Part shown: positions 28,832-38,944 of the stretch, piece by piece
Layout: each line of letters starts with the position of its first letter
How positions within the stretch are numbered: position 1 is the stretch's first letter
Source of the DNA: an uncultured SAR86 cluster bacterium
GTDB taxonomy: Bacteria; Pseudomonadota; Gammaproteobacteria; Magnimaribacterales; D2472
NCBI GenBank assembly: GCA_902558395.1
Contig: CACEDS010000001.1
Coordinates: 389,152 to 453,151, forward strand
Direction of reading: 5' to 3'
DNA length: 64,000 nt
Position numbers and translations under genes: made by a program
Notes under the pieces: generated by a model
What the model saw: only the letters and a program-made list of their open reading frames with translations
Databases searched by the model: none
Told to the model about the DNA's origin: nothing

Positions 28832-30111
28832 AGCCCTGGAAAATAATTCAAAAACTTGAAAGTAATAACAGTAGATTATTCAAAGAAAGCGTTATTGAAG
28901 AAAATATTAATGACCTAGAATTTCAAGAAGGTCTATCAATGTGCTTAGATGCATTAGTAACATTTGGTGTTAAACAAGTTCCTAAATCTGATAAAAATGG
29001 AAATGGATTAGATTGGAGCACTTTTAAGAACTCAGCTTTACTTCTGATTGAAAGAGAGAAAACTGGTCATGCTGCTAGGGATGAAATTTTGGAGCTAATG
29101 GATAAAGCCACTTCGGAAGAGTGGAATGATTGGTATAGAAGAATCTTAATAAAGGATTTGAGGTGCGGCGTAAGTGAGAAGACGGTGAACAATGTCGCAA
29201 AAAAAATAGATATTCAATTTAGAGTGCCTGTTTTTGCATGCATGCTATCTCATGACGGAATGAAACATCCAAAAAAGATTAAAGGTAACTGTTTAATTGA
29301 ATATAAATATGATGGAGTGAGAGTAATAGCAATAACTAAGAAAAATAATACAACCCTCTACAGTAGAAATGGAAAAATATTTAGCAATTTTCCTCATATT
29401 GAAGAAGCATTAAGCAAACCTGAATTTAATGATATGGTTTTTGATGGCGAAGTGATGAGTGATGATTTTCAATCATTAATGAAACAGGTTCATAGGAAAA
29501 CCAATGCAAAAACAGAAGATGCATATTTAGCTTTGTTTGATATCTTACCTCTTAAAGAATTTAACGATGGAAAAAGCAAGCTCACAACCCTTGAAAGAAA
29601 ACATCATTTAGAGAAATTTGCTAAAAAATTTCCTTCATGTATTAAGATTGTTGATTATACGGTTGTAGATTTTGATAAAGAGCAGGGTGAAGAAATTTAT
29701 ACTCAAATGAACAAAGAGGCTTTAGAGCGAGGCTATGAAGGGTTGATGATTAAACCTGAAAATGATTTATATGAGTGCAAAAGAAGTCATGCTTGGCTAA
29801 AAATGAAACCTTTTATTGAAGTTACATTAAAAGTAACCGAGGTTCACGAGGGCACTGGAAGGCATGCTGGTAAACTGGGAGCATTTTCAGTTGAGGGCAA
29901 TGACGATGGCAAATTTTTCTCATTAAATGTGGGCAGTGGCTTGACTGATGAAAATAGAGAAAAATTCTGGCAATATAAAGATTCATTGATAGGACAATTA
30001 ATAGAAATTCGAGCAGATGCAGTAACTCAGAGTATGGAAGGTGAAAATTACAGTTTGAGATTTCCACGTTTTAAAACATTCAGAGGTTTTGAGCCAGGGG
30101 AAAAAATCTGA
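28828..30111 (+). CDS. ATP-dependent DNA ligase
   Basis: 427 aa nucleotidyltransferase. Motif I is EYKYDGVR (Lys160, nt 29305-29307), motif III FDGEVM, motif IV EGLMIKP, motif V WLKMKP. There is an OB-fold-like C-terminus and an N-terminal extension of about 150 aa. ATGA-coupled to zipA. Confidence 0.9.
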   Translation: MKPWKIIQKLESNNSRLFKESVIEENINDLEFQEGLSMCLDALVTFGVKQVPKSDKNGNGLDWSTFKNSALLLIEREKTGHAARDEILELMDKATSEEWNDWYRRILIKDLRCGVSEKTVNNVAKKIDIQFRVPVFACMLSHDGMKHPKKIKGNCLIEYKYDGVRVIAITKKNNTTLYSRNGKIFSNFPHIEEALSKPEFNDMVFDGEVMSDDFQSLMKQVHRKTNAKTEDAYLALFDILPLKEFNDGKSKLTTLERKHHLEKFAKKFPSCIKIVDYTVVDFDKEQGEEIYTQMNKEALERGYEGLMIKPENDLYECKRSHAWLKMKPFIEVTLKVTEVHEGTGRHAGKLGAFSVEGNDDGKFFSLNVGSGLTDENREKFWQYKDSLIGQLIEIRADAVTQSMEGENYSLRFPRFKTFRGFEPGEKI

Positions 30112-30722
30112 TGAATATTAGATTTTTAAAAACTTCGTTTTTTATAATTTTGATATTCTCTCTTCAGTCATGCATGACAACGCCGCCTCAAAATCCAGAT
30201 AACATATGTTTAATATTTGAAGAAAAGAAAAGTTGGTACAAGGCTGCAATAAAATCAGAAAAGAGGTGGAAAATTCCTCCTTATGTTCTTATGTCATTTG
30301 TTTATCAAGAATCTAGTTTTAAAGCAGATGCAAAACCAGAAAGAACGAAGTTATTATGGGTAATACCGTGGAAGAGAAAATCTTCAGCTGTAGGTTATTC
30401 TCAGGCACTCAACATGACTTGGGAGGACTACAAAGATGAGACTGGAAATTCTGGAGCAAGTAGAAAGAATTTTAAGGATTCAGCAGATTTTATAGGATGG
30501 TATGCATCTAAAGGTTATTATCAAGGATTTGATAGGTTAGATGCTAGATCGTTGTATCTTGCATATCATGAAGGGTATGGAGGCTTTAAGAAAAAAACTT
30601 ACAGAAAAAAACCGTGGCTAATAAAAGTAGCAGATAGAGTTCAAACAAGATCAACTAAATATCAACAGCAATACTGGGGATGCGCTAAAGAATTAAAGAA
30701 AAAAAGATTTTTCTTTTTTTAA
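30111..30722 (+). CDS. Putative lipoprotein with lytic transglycosylase (SLT)-like domain
   Basis: 203 aa with signal peptide plus LQSC. VYQESSF (catalytic Glu-Ser), GYSQAL and AYHEGYGG are consistent with SLT family goose-type lysozyme folds. The start overlaps the ligase stop. Confidence 0.55.
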   Translation: MNIRFLKTSFFIILIFSLQSCMTTPPQNPDNICLIFEEKKSWYKAAIKSEKRWKIPPYVLMSFVYQESSFKADAKPERTKLLWVIPWKRKSSAVGYSQALNMTWEDYKDETGNSGASRKNFKDSADFIGWYASKGYYQGFDRLDARSLYLAYHEGYGGFKKKTYRKKPWLIKVADRVQTRSTKYQQQYWGCAKELKKKRFFFF

Positions 30723-30724
30723 AT

Positions 30725-33592
30725 TTATATATTTTTAATTTCAAACCCTAAATCTTTTAGCTCTGTTTCATAATTTTGACCAGCTATAGCAGAGCGCTTT
30801 GATTCATTGAATAAATATTTTTCTGATACCATAACGAGGTTAGCTAAGCTACATTCTTTAACTTTTGATCTAAAGCTTAAGCGCTCATCTTGAGTTTTTT
30901 GATCTAATGAACTCATAAAATCGCTCATAGCTTCACCAAATGGAGATAATGGTTTATCTATACTTGATATAACACCCAAAATTCCTTCTTCTAATTGTTC
31001 TTCTGTAATACTCTTAACTGACCATTCTCTGGATTTTTTAAATTCGTTAAATGTATCTGTACATTTTGGGTCTCTGTAGGAAAAGAATTTAAAAACTTTG
31101 TTATTTGAGTCTTGAGTGGCTCCGGCGCCATATGCACCGCCTTTTTCTCTAATAGCAGAATGAAGATATCCATTTCTTAAAACTGTTCCGAGTACTGTTA
31201 GAGCAGGGGCATCTTCGTGCAAAAAATCAACTGTTGGGAACGCTTCAGCACAAAAACATACTTGTGAGCCAGTGATCCAACCAATTGGAGTAGATTGAAG
31301 CGCAATAAGATTTTGATTTTTATAAAGATTAGTATTTTCTTTGATTGTGAAATTTAAGTTTAAATTTGCTTTATCTAATGCTGATGCTGTGAATAAATGA
31401 CTTGGTGTATTAGAAATTTTAGAATTTATAGACCTAAGCAATTCTATATACTTTGCAAGCTCATTTTGTTCATTAACTAATTTTGAAAGATGATTGGTGT
31501 TATGAACAAACCTAAGTCCTGATGTGAGATCATTGGTCGATGCAATATCACTTATTTGTGAAGCAGCATTGCTCATAGACAGAATATGACCATTTTGAAT
31601 AACTGATTTTTCATTATCAGATGAGATAAATTCTAAAAGCTCTTGAATTCTATTAGTTTCATCAAAGATTGATTCTTTAACAGTTCTTAATATTAAATCC
31701 TGCATAAAAGACTCGTTGCCTTCTAAGCTCTTTGAGCTAACTTTTAGTGCCAATTTAAAAGTATCATCTTTTTTATCAGGTAAAGTGATAAATGAAGCTG
31801 AAATTCCTCCAGTGATAGATGATTGATATTTTTGAATATCTTCGTACCCATCTCTACCTAAACCAATATCTGTGAGTGTATTAGAAAGTAAGCTGGCAAC
31901 TTTTAATTCATTTTCATCAAGAGCCTCACAAGGAAAAATCATTGAATGATAAACAATCCCATTAGTACCAGTTTTATAGAAGTAATTGGTAGATTCATTT
32001 TTTGTAAAAGTTAATGGAGATGCATAGTTTCTTGTTTTGGGAATATCTTCCTTTGTAACCTTTGGCAAGACCTCTGGATCATCAATAGAATTTTGTCTTT
32101 TTTCTAAATCATTAGCTAACTTTATGAGCTTTTCTTTATCATCAGAAGAAAAGTTTTTTGTGATTTCAAAAACTTTATTTTGGATTTTTTCTTCATTTTT
32201 TTTATTCAACTCAGTATCGGGAATCAGAGAATATGTTAACCTGTGATTGTTTTTAATTAGATTTTTATCAATAAGATTTTCGATATAATTATCTGATTTG
32301 AGGTTATTTTTTATAGTATTAAAAGCACTATCTAAATCTAATACATTTAAAGGATTGTCGTTATGAATACATGCGGGCAAGCAAGTTAACATAATTTGTA
32401 AACCAAATGGCATACCAGAACCAGTAATTTCTCTTTGTCTAATTTCTAGCTGATGAAGAGAGGAATCTATTAGATCTTTGGGTACTCCATCTTCTACTAG
32501 CTTTTTGAGACAATCCATTATGAGTATCTCAACTTCTTTGGATTTATTGGAATCAATACCCTCTAACCCAGCAGCAAATACAAGCTCCTTTTGATCAGCT
32601 TCAAGACCTGTTAAAGGCGAAGGGGATTTACCCAATTTTGTATTTTCTAAAACCTTTCTAAGAGGAGAGGCAGAGTTATCTAAAAGAATGTTAGACATTA
32701 AATATGTTTCAAGTAACTGAACTGGGTTATGACTTTCATTTAAAAGCCAACTTAAAACAATATGATGATTATTTTCATCTCCTGGTTGAGGATTATAAAA
32801 ATCAGAAACAACTTTTGGTGAATCTAATCTGTCTTCATTTTTAACAGCTACAACTTCATCTGATGGCGAAAAATTATCTAAAACATTTTCTTTAATGAAC
32901 GACTGTATTTCTAGAGGATCTACATTGCCAAATGTAAAGAAGGTAGCATTTGATGGGTGATAATGTTTTTGATGAAAATTCACCAAATCCTCATGCGAGA
33001 GATCTATTATGTTCTCTGGATCACCGCCACTATTATGCTTATAAGTCGAAGAAGAGTATAAGTGTTTCGACATTCCATGCCATAACTGACTTGTAATTGA
33101 GCTCATGGCTCCTTTCATTTCATTATAAACAACACCTTTAATTTCAATCTCACTTTCTGGATTATTTTTTTCCTGAAACTCCAACCTATGACCTTCTTGA
33201 GCAAAATCAAGATTATCTAAATTTGGAAAAAACGCTGAGTCAAGATATACACCTAAAAGATTGTTAAAATCCTTTTTATTCAGTGTTGCAAATGGGTAAG
33301 CAGTCCAATCGCTTGAGGTGAAAGCATTCATGAATGTGTTAAGAGACCTTCTAATCATCATAAAGAATGGATCTCTTACTGGGTATTTTTTTGAACCACA
33401 TAAGGCTGTATGTTCTAAAATGTGGGCTACACCAGTAGAATCTTCAGGAATAGTTCTAAAAGCAACCATGAATACTTTTTCATTGCTATCGCTCTCTAGG
33501 TGTATGTGCTTGCAATTAAATTCTGATTCGTTATATATTTGAGCATTGACATCTAGCAAAGGAATATTTTTTTGTTCTTGAAGGTTAAACAT
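30725..33592 (-). CDS. Peptidase M16C (PreP/insulinase-like) metalloprotease
   Basis: 955 aa with the inverted zinc motif HILEHTALCGS (HxxEH) near the N-terminus. Size and architecture match PreP-type pitrilysins. Confidence 0.9.
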   Translation of the reverse strand: MFNLQEQKNIPLLDVNAQIYNESEFNCKHIHLESDSNEKVFMVAFRTIPEDSTGVAHILEHTALCGSKKYPVRDPFFMMIRRSLNTFMNAFTSSDWTAYPFATLNKKDFNNLLGVYLDSAFFPNLDNLDFAQEGHRLEFQEKNNPESEIEIKGVVYNEMKGAMSSITSQLWHGMSKHLYSSSTYKHNSGGDPENIIDLSHEDLVNFHQKHYHPSNATFFTFGNVDPLEIQSFIKENVLDNFSPSDEVVAVKNEDRLDSPKVVSDFYNPQPGDENNHHIVLSWLLNESHNPVQLLETYLMSNILLDNSASPLRKVLENTKLGKSPSPLTGLEADQKELVFAAGLEGIDSNKSKEVEILIMDCLKKLVEDGVPKDLIDSSLHQLEIRQREITGSGMPFGLQIMLTCLPACIHNDNPLNVLDLDSAFNTIKNNLKSDNYIENLIDKNLIKNNHRLTYSLIPDTELNKKNEEKIQNKVFEITKNFSSDDKEKLIKLANDLEKRQNSIDDPEVLPKVTKEDIPKTRNYASPLTFTKNESTNYFYKTGTNGIVYHSMIFPCEALDENELKVASLLSNTLTDIGLGRDGYEDIQKYQSSITGGISASFITLPDKKDDTFKLALKVSSKSLEGNESFMQDLILRTVKESIFDETNRIQELLEFISSDNEKSVIQNGHILSMSNAASQISDIASTNDLTSGLRFVHNTNHLSKLVNEQNELAKYIELLRSINSKISNTPSHLFTASALDKANLNLNFTIKENTNLYKNQNLIALQSTPIGWITGSQVCFCAEAFPTVDFLHEDAPALTVLGTVLRNGYLHSAIREKGGAYGAGATQDSNNKVFKFFSYRDPKCTDTFNEFKKSREWSVKSITEEQLEEGILGVISSIDKPLSPFGEAMSDFMSSLDQKTQDERLSFRSKVKECSLANLVMVSEKYLFNESKRSAIAGQNYETELKDLGFEIKNI

Positions 33593-33613
33593 AATAAAAT
33601 CTATAATAAATTT

Positions 33614-34126
33614 ATGAAAAAAATAACTACATTAATCACTCTACTGATACTGGTAGGTTGTAACAGTATGCAAACTAACATTGAAGTTGATTCAGTCGAT
33701 ACTTTCAACTTAGACAATTATAGCGATTTTTCTATAAAGATAAATGAATCAAGCATCAGCGCAGAAATAAACCCAATTGATCTTGAAAGATTTAAAGATA
33801 ATTTAAAAACCTCTTTGATAGAAACTGGATTATCTTATTCTGAAAGTTCAGACCTAACCTTTGAGATTATTATTACTACAAAAGATAAAGTTCAATCAGA
33901 TAGAATGAATCATTATTACACTAGATATTATTGGGATAATTACTACTTTCGTGATGATATCAGAACCATAACTGAAAATATCTTAAGAGTTAATTTGAAA
34001 GACAATACAGCAGATAAAACTTTATGGACTGTAGTAACAGTATGGAGAAACGGATCATCAAAAGCACCAACTTCTGAAGATGGATCAAATATAATCGTTG
34101 ATGAAATTATGCTCAGTTTTTTATAG
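33614..34126 (+). CDS. Small lipoprotein (DUF4136-like)
   Basis: I chose the ATG at 33614 (MKKITTLITLLILVGCN, a good lipobox LVGC) rather than the track start at 33572, which would overlap the divergent M16 gene start. Confidence 0.55.
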   Translation: MKKITTLITLLILVGCNSMQTNIEVDSVDTFNLDNYSDFSIKINESSISAEINPIDLERFKDNLKTSLIETGLSYSESSDLTFEIIITTKDKVQSDRMNHYYTRYYWDNYYFRDDIRTITENILRVNLKDNTADKTLWTVVTVWRNGSSKAPTSEDGSNIIVDEIMLSFL

Positions 34127-34145
34127 TCCCAAAGAGCATATTTAA

Positions 34146-35873
34146 TTGAAATCAAACTTTAAAAAAAATTATCTTATAGGCTTTTTTGCTTTAATTATAT
34201 TTTTTTCATGTAAGCCTGAAGAAGAAAAGCTTGATATTCCAAAAATTTCTTCAGTCGAAAAGCTTATAGAACACTCTAACGAATTTGAGCAGAATGTTCT
34301 GACATATGAAACGCCTGGTGGAAAAGTTCATTTTGCAATAGGTTTTGGTATTGCTAACTCAATAATGGTTGAGGGAGAAGAAGGTAATATTATTATTGAT
34401 GCCTCAGATAGCACCTATGAAGCATCAGAGATTTATAAGAGATTTAAGAAGCTGAGTGATAATCCAATCACTGCGATAATTTATACCCATAATCATGGAG
34501 ATCATACTTTTGGAGCTGCTCACTATTTAACAACACAAAAAGAAAGGCCATTGGTAATAGCTCATGAATCAACGGACTATTACATGCAAAGGATTCTAGG
34601 AATAATAAATCCAATTATTAGCGTTAGAAGCACCAGAATGTTTGGTACAGCATTACCAGAGGATGAGGTTATAAATGTAGGTATTGGCAAGAGCCTTAAT
34701 GTTTCTAAATCACCGTTTGGATACATCAAACCAGATACAACCTTTAAAGAAGAATTAAAGATAAATATTTCTGGTATTAATATTGAGCTGTATCATGCTC
34801 CTGGTGAAACAAACGATCAACTATTTGTTTGGTTGCCAGAGCATAAATCTTTGATGCCTGGAGATAATATCTATAAAACATTTCCAAACCTCTATACGAT
34901 CAGAGGAACAACTCACAGAGATGTTATAGGCTGGGTTTCTAGCTTAGATAAAATGCGATCTCATGAACCAGAATATATATTCCCAAGTCACACAAAGCCA
35001 ATCATAGGCTCAGAAGAGACTATGGAAGCATTAACTATTTATAGGGATGCAATCCAATATGTTCATGATCAAACAATTCGACTAATGAATGAAGGCTACT
35101 ATCCTGATCAAATTGTTGAAATGGTAGAATTACCAGCCTCTATAAAGAGCTCACCTTATTTATCAGAATTTTATGGTACTGTTAGGTGGTCGGTTAAAAG
35201 CATTTTTAACGGATACTTAGGTTGGTTTAATGGAAATCCTGCTGATCTTGATCCTTTATCACGAAAAGAAGAAGCTCAAAAGTTGGCTAAATTAGTCGGC
35301 GGTGAAGAATTGTTATTAGAAGCATTAGAAGAATCTGTGCTAGATGAGGATATGCAATGGGCGCTTGAATTAAGTGATAGACTTCTAGCCCTAGATTACT
35401 CAGTAGACAAAGTAGATAAGTTAAGACAAAAAGCTCTTCTCTATATAGGGTTGCGCTCATCTAATCCAAACAAAAGAAATTATTTTCTTTCATCGGCTAT
35501 GGAATTAGAGGGTGATTTTGGTGGTTATCCAGTTGCAGAAAGAACAGAAGAGGGTGTAAAAGAAATTTCAATTGATACTATCTTTAGCATTTTATCTGTT
35601 AGGTTAAATCCTGAAAGAGTCATTAATCAAAATATTAAAGCATGTTTCTTATTCTCATCTGGCTTAACAAGAACTATTACAATAAGAAATCAAGTTGCCT
35701 CAGTTTCAGCTAATGCTGACCTGCAATGTGACATTACAGTAAAAACTTCTGAACTTAATTTTAAAATGGCATTATCAGGATTGCTAAATCCAGTAATGGC
35801 TTTAGCTTCCGGGGATATTGTTGTTGATGGTGGTAATACTAATTTTTTAAAGTTCTTATCTTACTTTAGATAA
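34146..35873 (+). CDS. Alkyl/aryl-sulfatase, metallo-beta-lactamase fold (SdsA1/BDS1 type), probable lipoprotein
   Basis: 575 aa with the MBL motif YTHNHGDHTFG, dimerisation-domain-like LDPLSRKEEAQKLAKLVGG, and an SCP2-like C-terminus ALASGDIVVDGGNTNFLKFLSYF. The N-terminal signal ends in FFSC. Confidence 0.85.
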   Translation: MKSNFKKNYLIGFFALIIFFSCKPEEEKLDIPKISSVEKLIEHSNEFEQNVLTYETPGGKVHFAIGFGIANSIMVEGEEGNIIIDASDSTYEASEIYKRFKKLSDNPITAIIYTHNHGDHTFGAAHYLTTQKERPLVIAHESTDYYMQRILGIINPIISVRSTRMFGTALPEDEVINVGIGKSLNVSKSPFGYIKPDTTFKEELKINISGINIELYHAPGETNDQLFVWLPEHKSLMPGDNIYKTFPNLYTIRGTTHRDVIGWVSSLDKMRSHEPEYIFPSHTKPIIGSEETMEALTIYRDAIQYVHDQTIRLMNEGYYPDQIVEMVELPASIKSSPYLSEFYGTVRWSVKSIFNGYLGWFNGNPADLDPLSRKEEAQKLAKLVGGEELLLEALEESVLDEDMQWALELSDRLLALDYSVDKVDKLRQKALLYIGLRSSNPNKRNYFLSSAMELEGDFGGYPVAERTEEGVKEISIDTIFSILSVRLNPERVINQNIKACFLFSSGLTRTITIRNQVASVSANADLQCDITVKTSELNFKMALSGLLNPVMALASGDIVVDGGNTNFLKFLSYFR

Positions 35874-35875
35874 CA

Positions 35876-36331
35876 CTACCACCTATATTTATCAAAGTTT
35901 TCTGGATTTGCCCATCCTTCTGAATTGTTCCAAGATCTTTTATTGTTGTAGGTCTTAAGGTTATATGAAAAACATAGCAACTTATTGGAGCTATCTTCAA
36001 GTTCAACCTGGAACCCAAGTTTAATCATATTGGATTCTTTGATGCCATCTTTAGGGCGAGAAAAAATTATAATTTTTTGACTCAAAAGATTCTTAATTGT
36101 TCCTATCTGACTTTGAGATAAATCTATATCATCCAAAACAATGAATAAATCAACTGGATCTTTTATATACTCAAAATTTGGGTCAATGCTTAGATGCGCT
36201 ATGTCAGAATTTTCAAATTTTTTTACAAGCTTTGAGATATCTAGCTTTGTTACTATTTGAAGGTTTTTACATTCTTCATTATTAAGGGTGTCTAATATAA
36301 ATTGATTTAATATTTTTTCCCTTTGTTTCAT
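35876..36331 (-). CDS. Hypothetical protein, co-transcribed downstream of mdh
   Basis: 151 aa with a 4-nt overlap with the mdh stop. No motif recognised. Confidence 0.5.
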   Translation of the reverse strand: MKQREKILNQFILDTLNNEECKNLQIVTKLDISKLVKKFENSDIAHLSIDPNFEYIKDPVDLFIVLDDIDLSQSQIGTIKNLLSQKIIIFSRPKDGIKESNMIKLGFQVELEDSSNKLLCFSYNLKTYNNKRSWNNSEGWANPENFDKYRW

Positions 36332-37326
36332 TTAAGTAAATGTTTTACTGCCTCTCTTTCAGATTCTAACTCATCTATAGATATTTGAAACTTTTGCTTT
36401 GCAAATTCTGACATCACCAGATCTCTTTTAATCTCTATTGTGCCATCAGGTAGAGTAAAGAGAGGGTATCCACACATCAAACCCTCTGGAACACCGTAAG
36501 CTCCATCACTTGCTACGGCAGCACTAAATGAATCGCCTTCATCTGTTGGATTTTCACATGCAACAATTGTATCTAGAGCCGCTTTTGCAGCAGATGTTGC
36601 TGATGAAGCTCCTCTAGAGTCAATTACAGCCTTGCCTCTTTGTTGAACAGTTGGAAGAAAAGAATTTTCAACCCACTCCATATCACTTATAACTTCACTA
36701 CCAGGTCTTCCATCAATAAGAACATTTTCAACATCTGGGTACATCGTAGGACTATGATTGCCCCAGATAACCATATTTTTAACGTTATCAATATTTGTTC
36801 CAGTTTTTTTACTTATCACAGATTTGGCCCTGCTTGAATCAAGCATTGTCATAGCCATCCATAGTTGAGAATCCTTATTAGCAGCATTTTTACCTATAAG
36901 CGCATTTGTATTAGCAGGGTTGCCTACAACTAGAATTTTTGCATTATCTTTACCATATTTACCAATGGCCTCTCCCTGATTAACAAAAATTCCACCGTTA
37001 ATTTTTAGTAAATCTGATCTTTCTTCAATTTTCCTTCCTTCATAAACAATTCCTCTTGGAATGCTACCAACAAGAAGAAACCAATCTGCATCATGAGATG
37101 CTTCTTCAAAATTATCTGTATATTTGACTTCACTCATGTTTGGAAAATATGAATCTTCAAGCTCCATAACTAAACCTTCAAGCTTGTTGACAACTTGAGG
37201 AATTTCAACAAGGTATAAATCAACTATCTTGTCACCAAATGTTCTTCCATCAACCAATCTTGGGATAAGAGAGTAGGCTATTTGTCCTGCTGCTCCGGTT
37301 ACCACAACTTTTACTCTTGAACTCAT
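36328..37326 (-). CDS. mdh: Malate dehydrogenase (NAD-dependent, long/cytosolic-like type)
   Basis: 332 aa with VVVTGAAGQIAYSL (Rossmann), VGNPANTN, WGNHS and TMLDSSRA. Confidence 0.95.
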   Translation of the reverse strand: MSSRVKVVVTGAAGQIAYSLIPRLVDGRTFGDKIVDLYLVEIPQVVNKLEGLVMELEDSYFPNMSEVKYTDNFEEASHDADWFLLVGSIPRGIVYEGRKIEERSDLLKINGGIFVNQGEAIGKYGKDNAKILVVGNPANTNALIGKNAANKDSQLWMAMTMLDSSRAKSVISKKTGTNIDNVKNMVIWGNHSPTMYPDVENVLIDGRPGSEVISDMEWVENSFLPTVQQRGKAVIDSRGASSATSAAKAALDTIVACENPTDEGDSFSAAVASDGAYGVPEGLMCGYPLFTLPDGTIEIKRDLVMSEFAKQKFQISIDELESEREAVKHLLK

Positions 37327-37349
37327 TTTTTTACCTTTTAATATGAAAT

Positions 37350-37955
37350 TTAATTCGTAATTATATTCCTAAAAGTCAGATTTATTCTTGGCTTTTTAAT
37401 TTTTTTTGTTTTTTTTATTTCATGCTTCCAATATTCTTGAGTCTTGCCATGCATTACTATGAGTTGACCACTTGCTTGAGGAATAATTAAGTTTAATTTT
37501 TTATTTTTATGCTTAAAATATATTTCTCTTGTTTCTCCAAGTGATAAAGATGCTATCACAGGTTTTTTTCCAAGTTCTTTTTCATCATCAGAATGAAGTC
37601 CCATTGAATCATTTCCATCTCTGTACAAATTGGCTAACACAGAATTAAATTTAAAAGATGTAATATTCTCAATTTTTTCTTTAATTTCTAGTAGTAAGTT
37701 ATTCCAATTATGTCTTTGAAGTTTTTTTCCAGAATATGTGTATTCAATTTCGTTGTCCGCATACCAAGCTTGAAGTCTTGGTATTTGATGAGTTTTACCA
37801 AAGATTTTTATAAAACCTGTTTCCCAATTTAAATCATGCAGACATGACTCAAACCATAAATCTTTTCTTTCCTCTAATCTTTTATCTTGATATAAGTCAA
37901 TTTCTAAATCTTCATATCCAGTTATTGCCTCTTTTTTAATCAAGGATGCGCCCAT
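37350..37955 (-). CDS. alkB: AlkB-family 2OG/Fe(II)-dependent dealkylating oxygenase
   Basis: 201 aa with ANLYRDGNDSMGLHSDDE (HxD), HGKTQEYWKHEI (second His) and RINLTFR. Confidence 0.85.
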   Translation of the reverse strand: MGASLIKKEAITGYEDLEIDLYQDKRLEERKDLWFESCLHDLNWETGFIKIFGKTHQIPRLQAWYADNEIEYTYSGKKLQRHNWNNLLLEIKEKIENITSFKFNSVLANLYRDGNDSMGLHSDDEKELGKKPVIASLSLGETREIYFKHKNKKLNLIIPQASGQLIVMHGKTQEYWKHEIKKTKKIKKPRINLTFRNIITN

Positions 37956-38039
37956 TTCAGTAATAGTAAATAAGACTAATTTTTATTAGAATAACTTTAT
38001 CTTAAACGTAGAAGGACTTCTAAAAAAGGGGTGAAATAA

Positions 38040-38942
38040 ATGAATATTAGATTTGATGATCAGGTTGCAATTGTTACTGGAGCCGGCGGTGGATTAGGTA
38101 AAGAGCATGCATTAGGACTTGCTAGAAGAGGGGCTAAAGTAGTTGTTAACGATCTTGGTGGAGGTGTTGATGGAAGCGGTGCTAGTGATGCCGCAAAGGC
38201 TGTTGTTGACCAAATTATCTCTGAGGGTGGTGAGGCAATTGCTAATGGAGCCAGTGTCACAGATTTAGAAGCAGTTCAAGCTATGGTTAATGAAGCTAAA
38301 GAAAAATGGGGAAGAATAGATATTCTTGTAAATAATGCTGGAATATTAAGAGACAAAAGCTTTCATAAAGATACTATTGAGAGCTTTAATACTGTTATGG
38401 ATGTTCACTTTCAAGGAACTTTGAATTGCACTCATACTGTGTATCCAATAATGCGAGAACAAGAGTTTGGAAGAATTATTTTTACTAGTTCATCTAGTGG
38501 GGTTTTTGGTAATTTTGGTCAAGCAAACTATGGATCTGCAAAAATGGCAATGGTTGGATTAATGAATACACTTAAATTAGAGGGACAAAAATATAATGTA
38601 TTCACTAACTCCATTACTCCTGTAGCTTATACAAGAATGACAGAGGGCTTAATACCTGAAGATTTTGGTAAAAATATGCAGCCAGAACATGTAACACCTG
38701 CTGTTCTATATCTTGCTAGCAAAGATGCTCCTAATGGAGTTGTTATGGCTGCTGGTGCTGGAGTTTTTGCTCGTATATTTATACATGAAACCATGGGTAT
38801 CAACCTTGGTACTGGTGAGGACATGACTCCAGAAAATATAGCTGCAAATTGGGATAAGGTTTCAGATATGGACGATGCTAGGCCACTGCAAAACGGTGGT
38901 GAACAGACTCTAAAAATATTTGAATTAATTAATAAGGGCTAG
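38040..38942 (+). CDS. Short-chain dehydrogenase/reductase, MFE-2/hydroxyacyl-CoA dehydrogenase-like
   Basis: 300 aa with VTGAGGGLGKEHALGLARRGAKVVVNDLGG, NNAGILRD and the catalytic YGSAK. Confidence 0.8.
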   Translation: MNIRFDDQVAIVTGAGGGLGKEHALGLARRGAKVVVNDLGGGVDGSGASDAAKAVVDQIISEGGEAIANGASVTDLEAVQAMVNEAKEKWGRIDILVNNAGILRDKSFHKDTIESFNTVMDVHFQGTLNCTHTVYPIMREQEFGRIIFTSSSSGVFGNFGQANYGSAKMAMVGLMNTLKLEGQKYNVFTNSITPVAYTRMTEGLIPEDFGKNMQPEHVTPAVLYLASKDAPNGVVMAAGAGVFARIFIHETMGINLGTGEDMTPENIAANWDKVSDMDDARPLQNGGEQTLKIFELINKG

Positions 38943-38944
38943 CA

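Noticed and set aside
33572-33613. Upstream extension of the small lipoprotein ORF (track start 33572).
   Set aside because: It would add 14 non-signal-peptide residues and overlap the start of the divergent M16 protease gene. The ATG at 33614 gives a textbook lipoprotein signal peptide.
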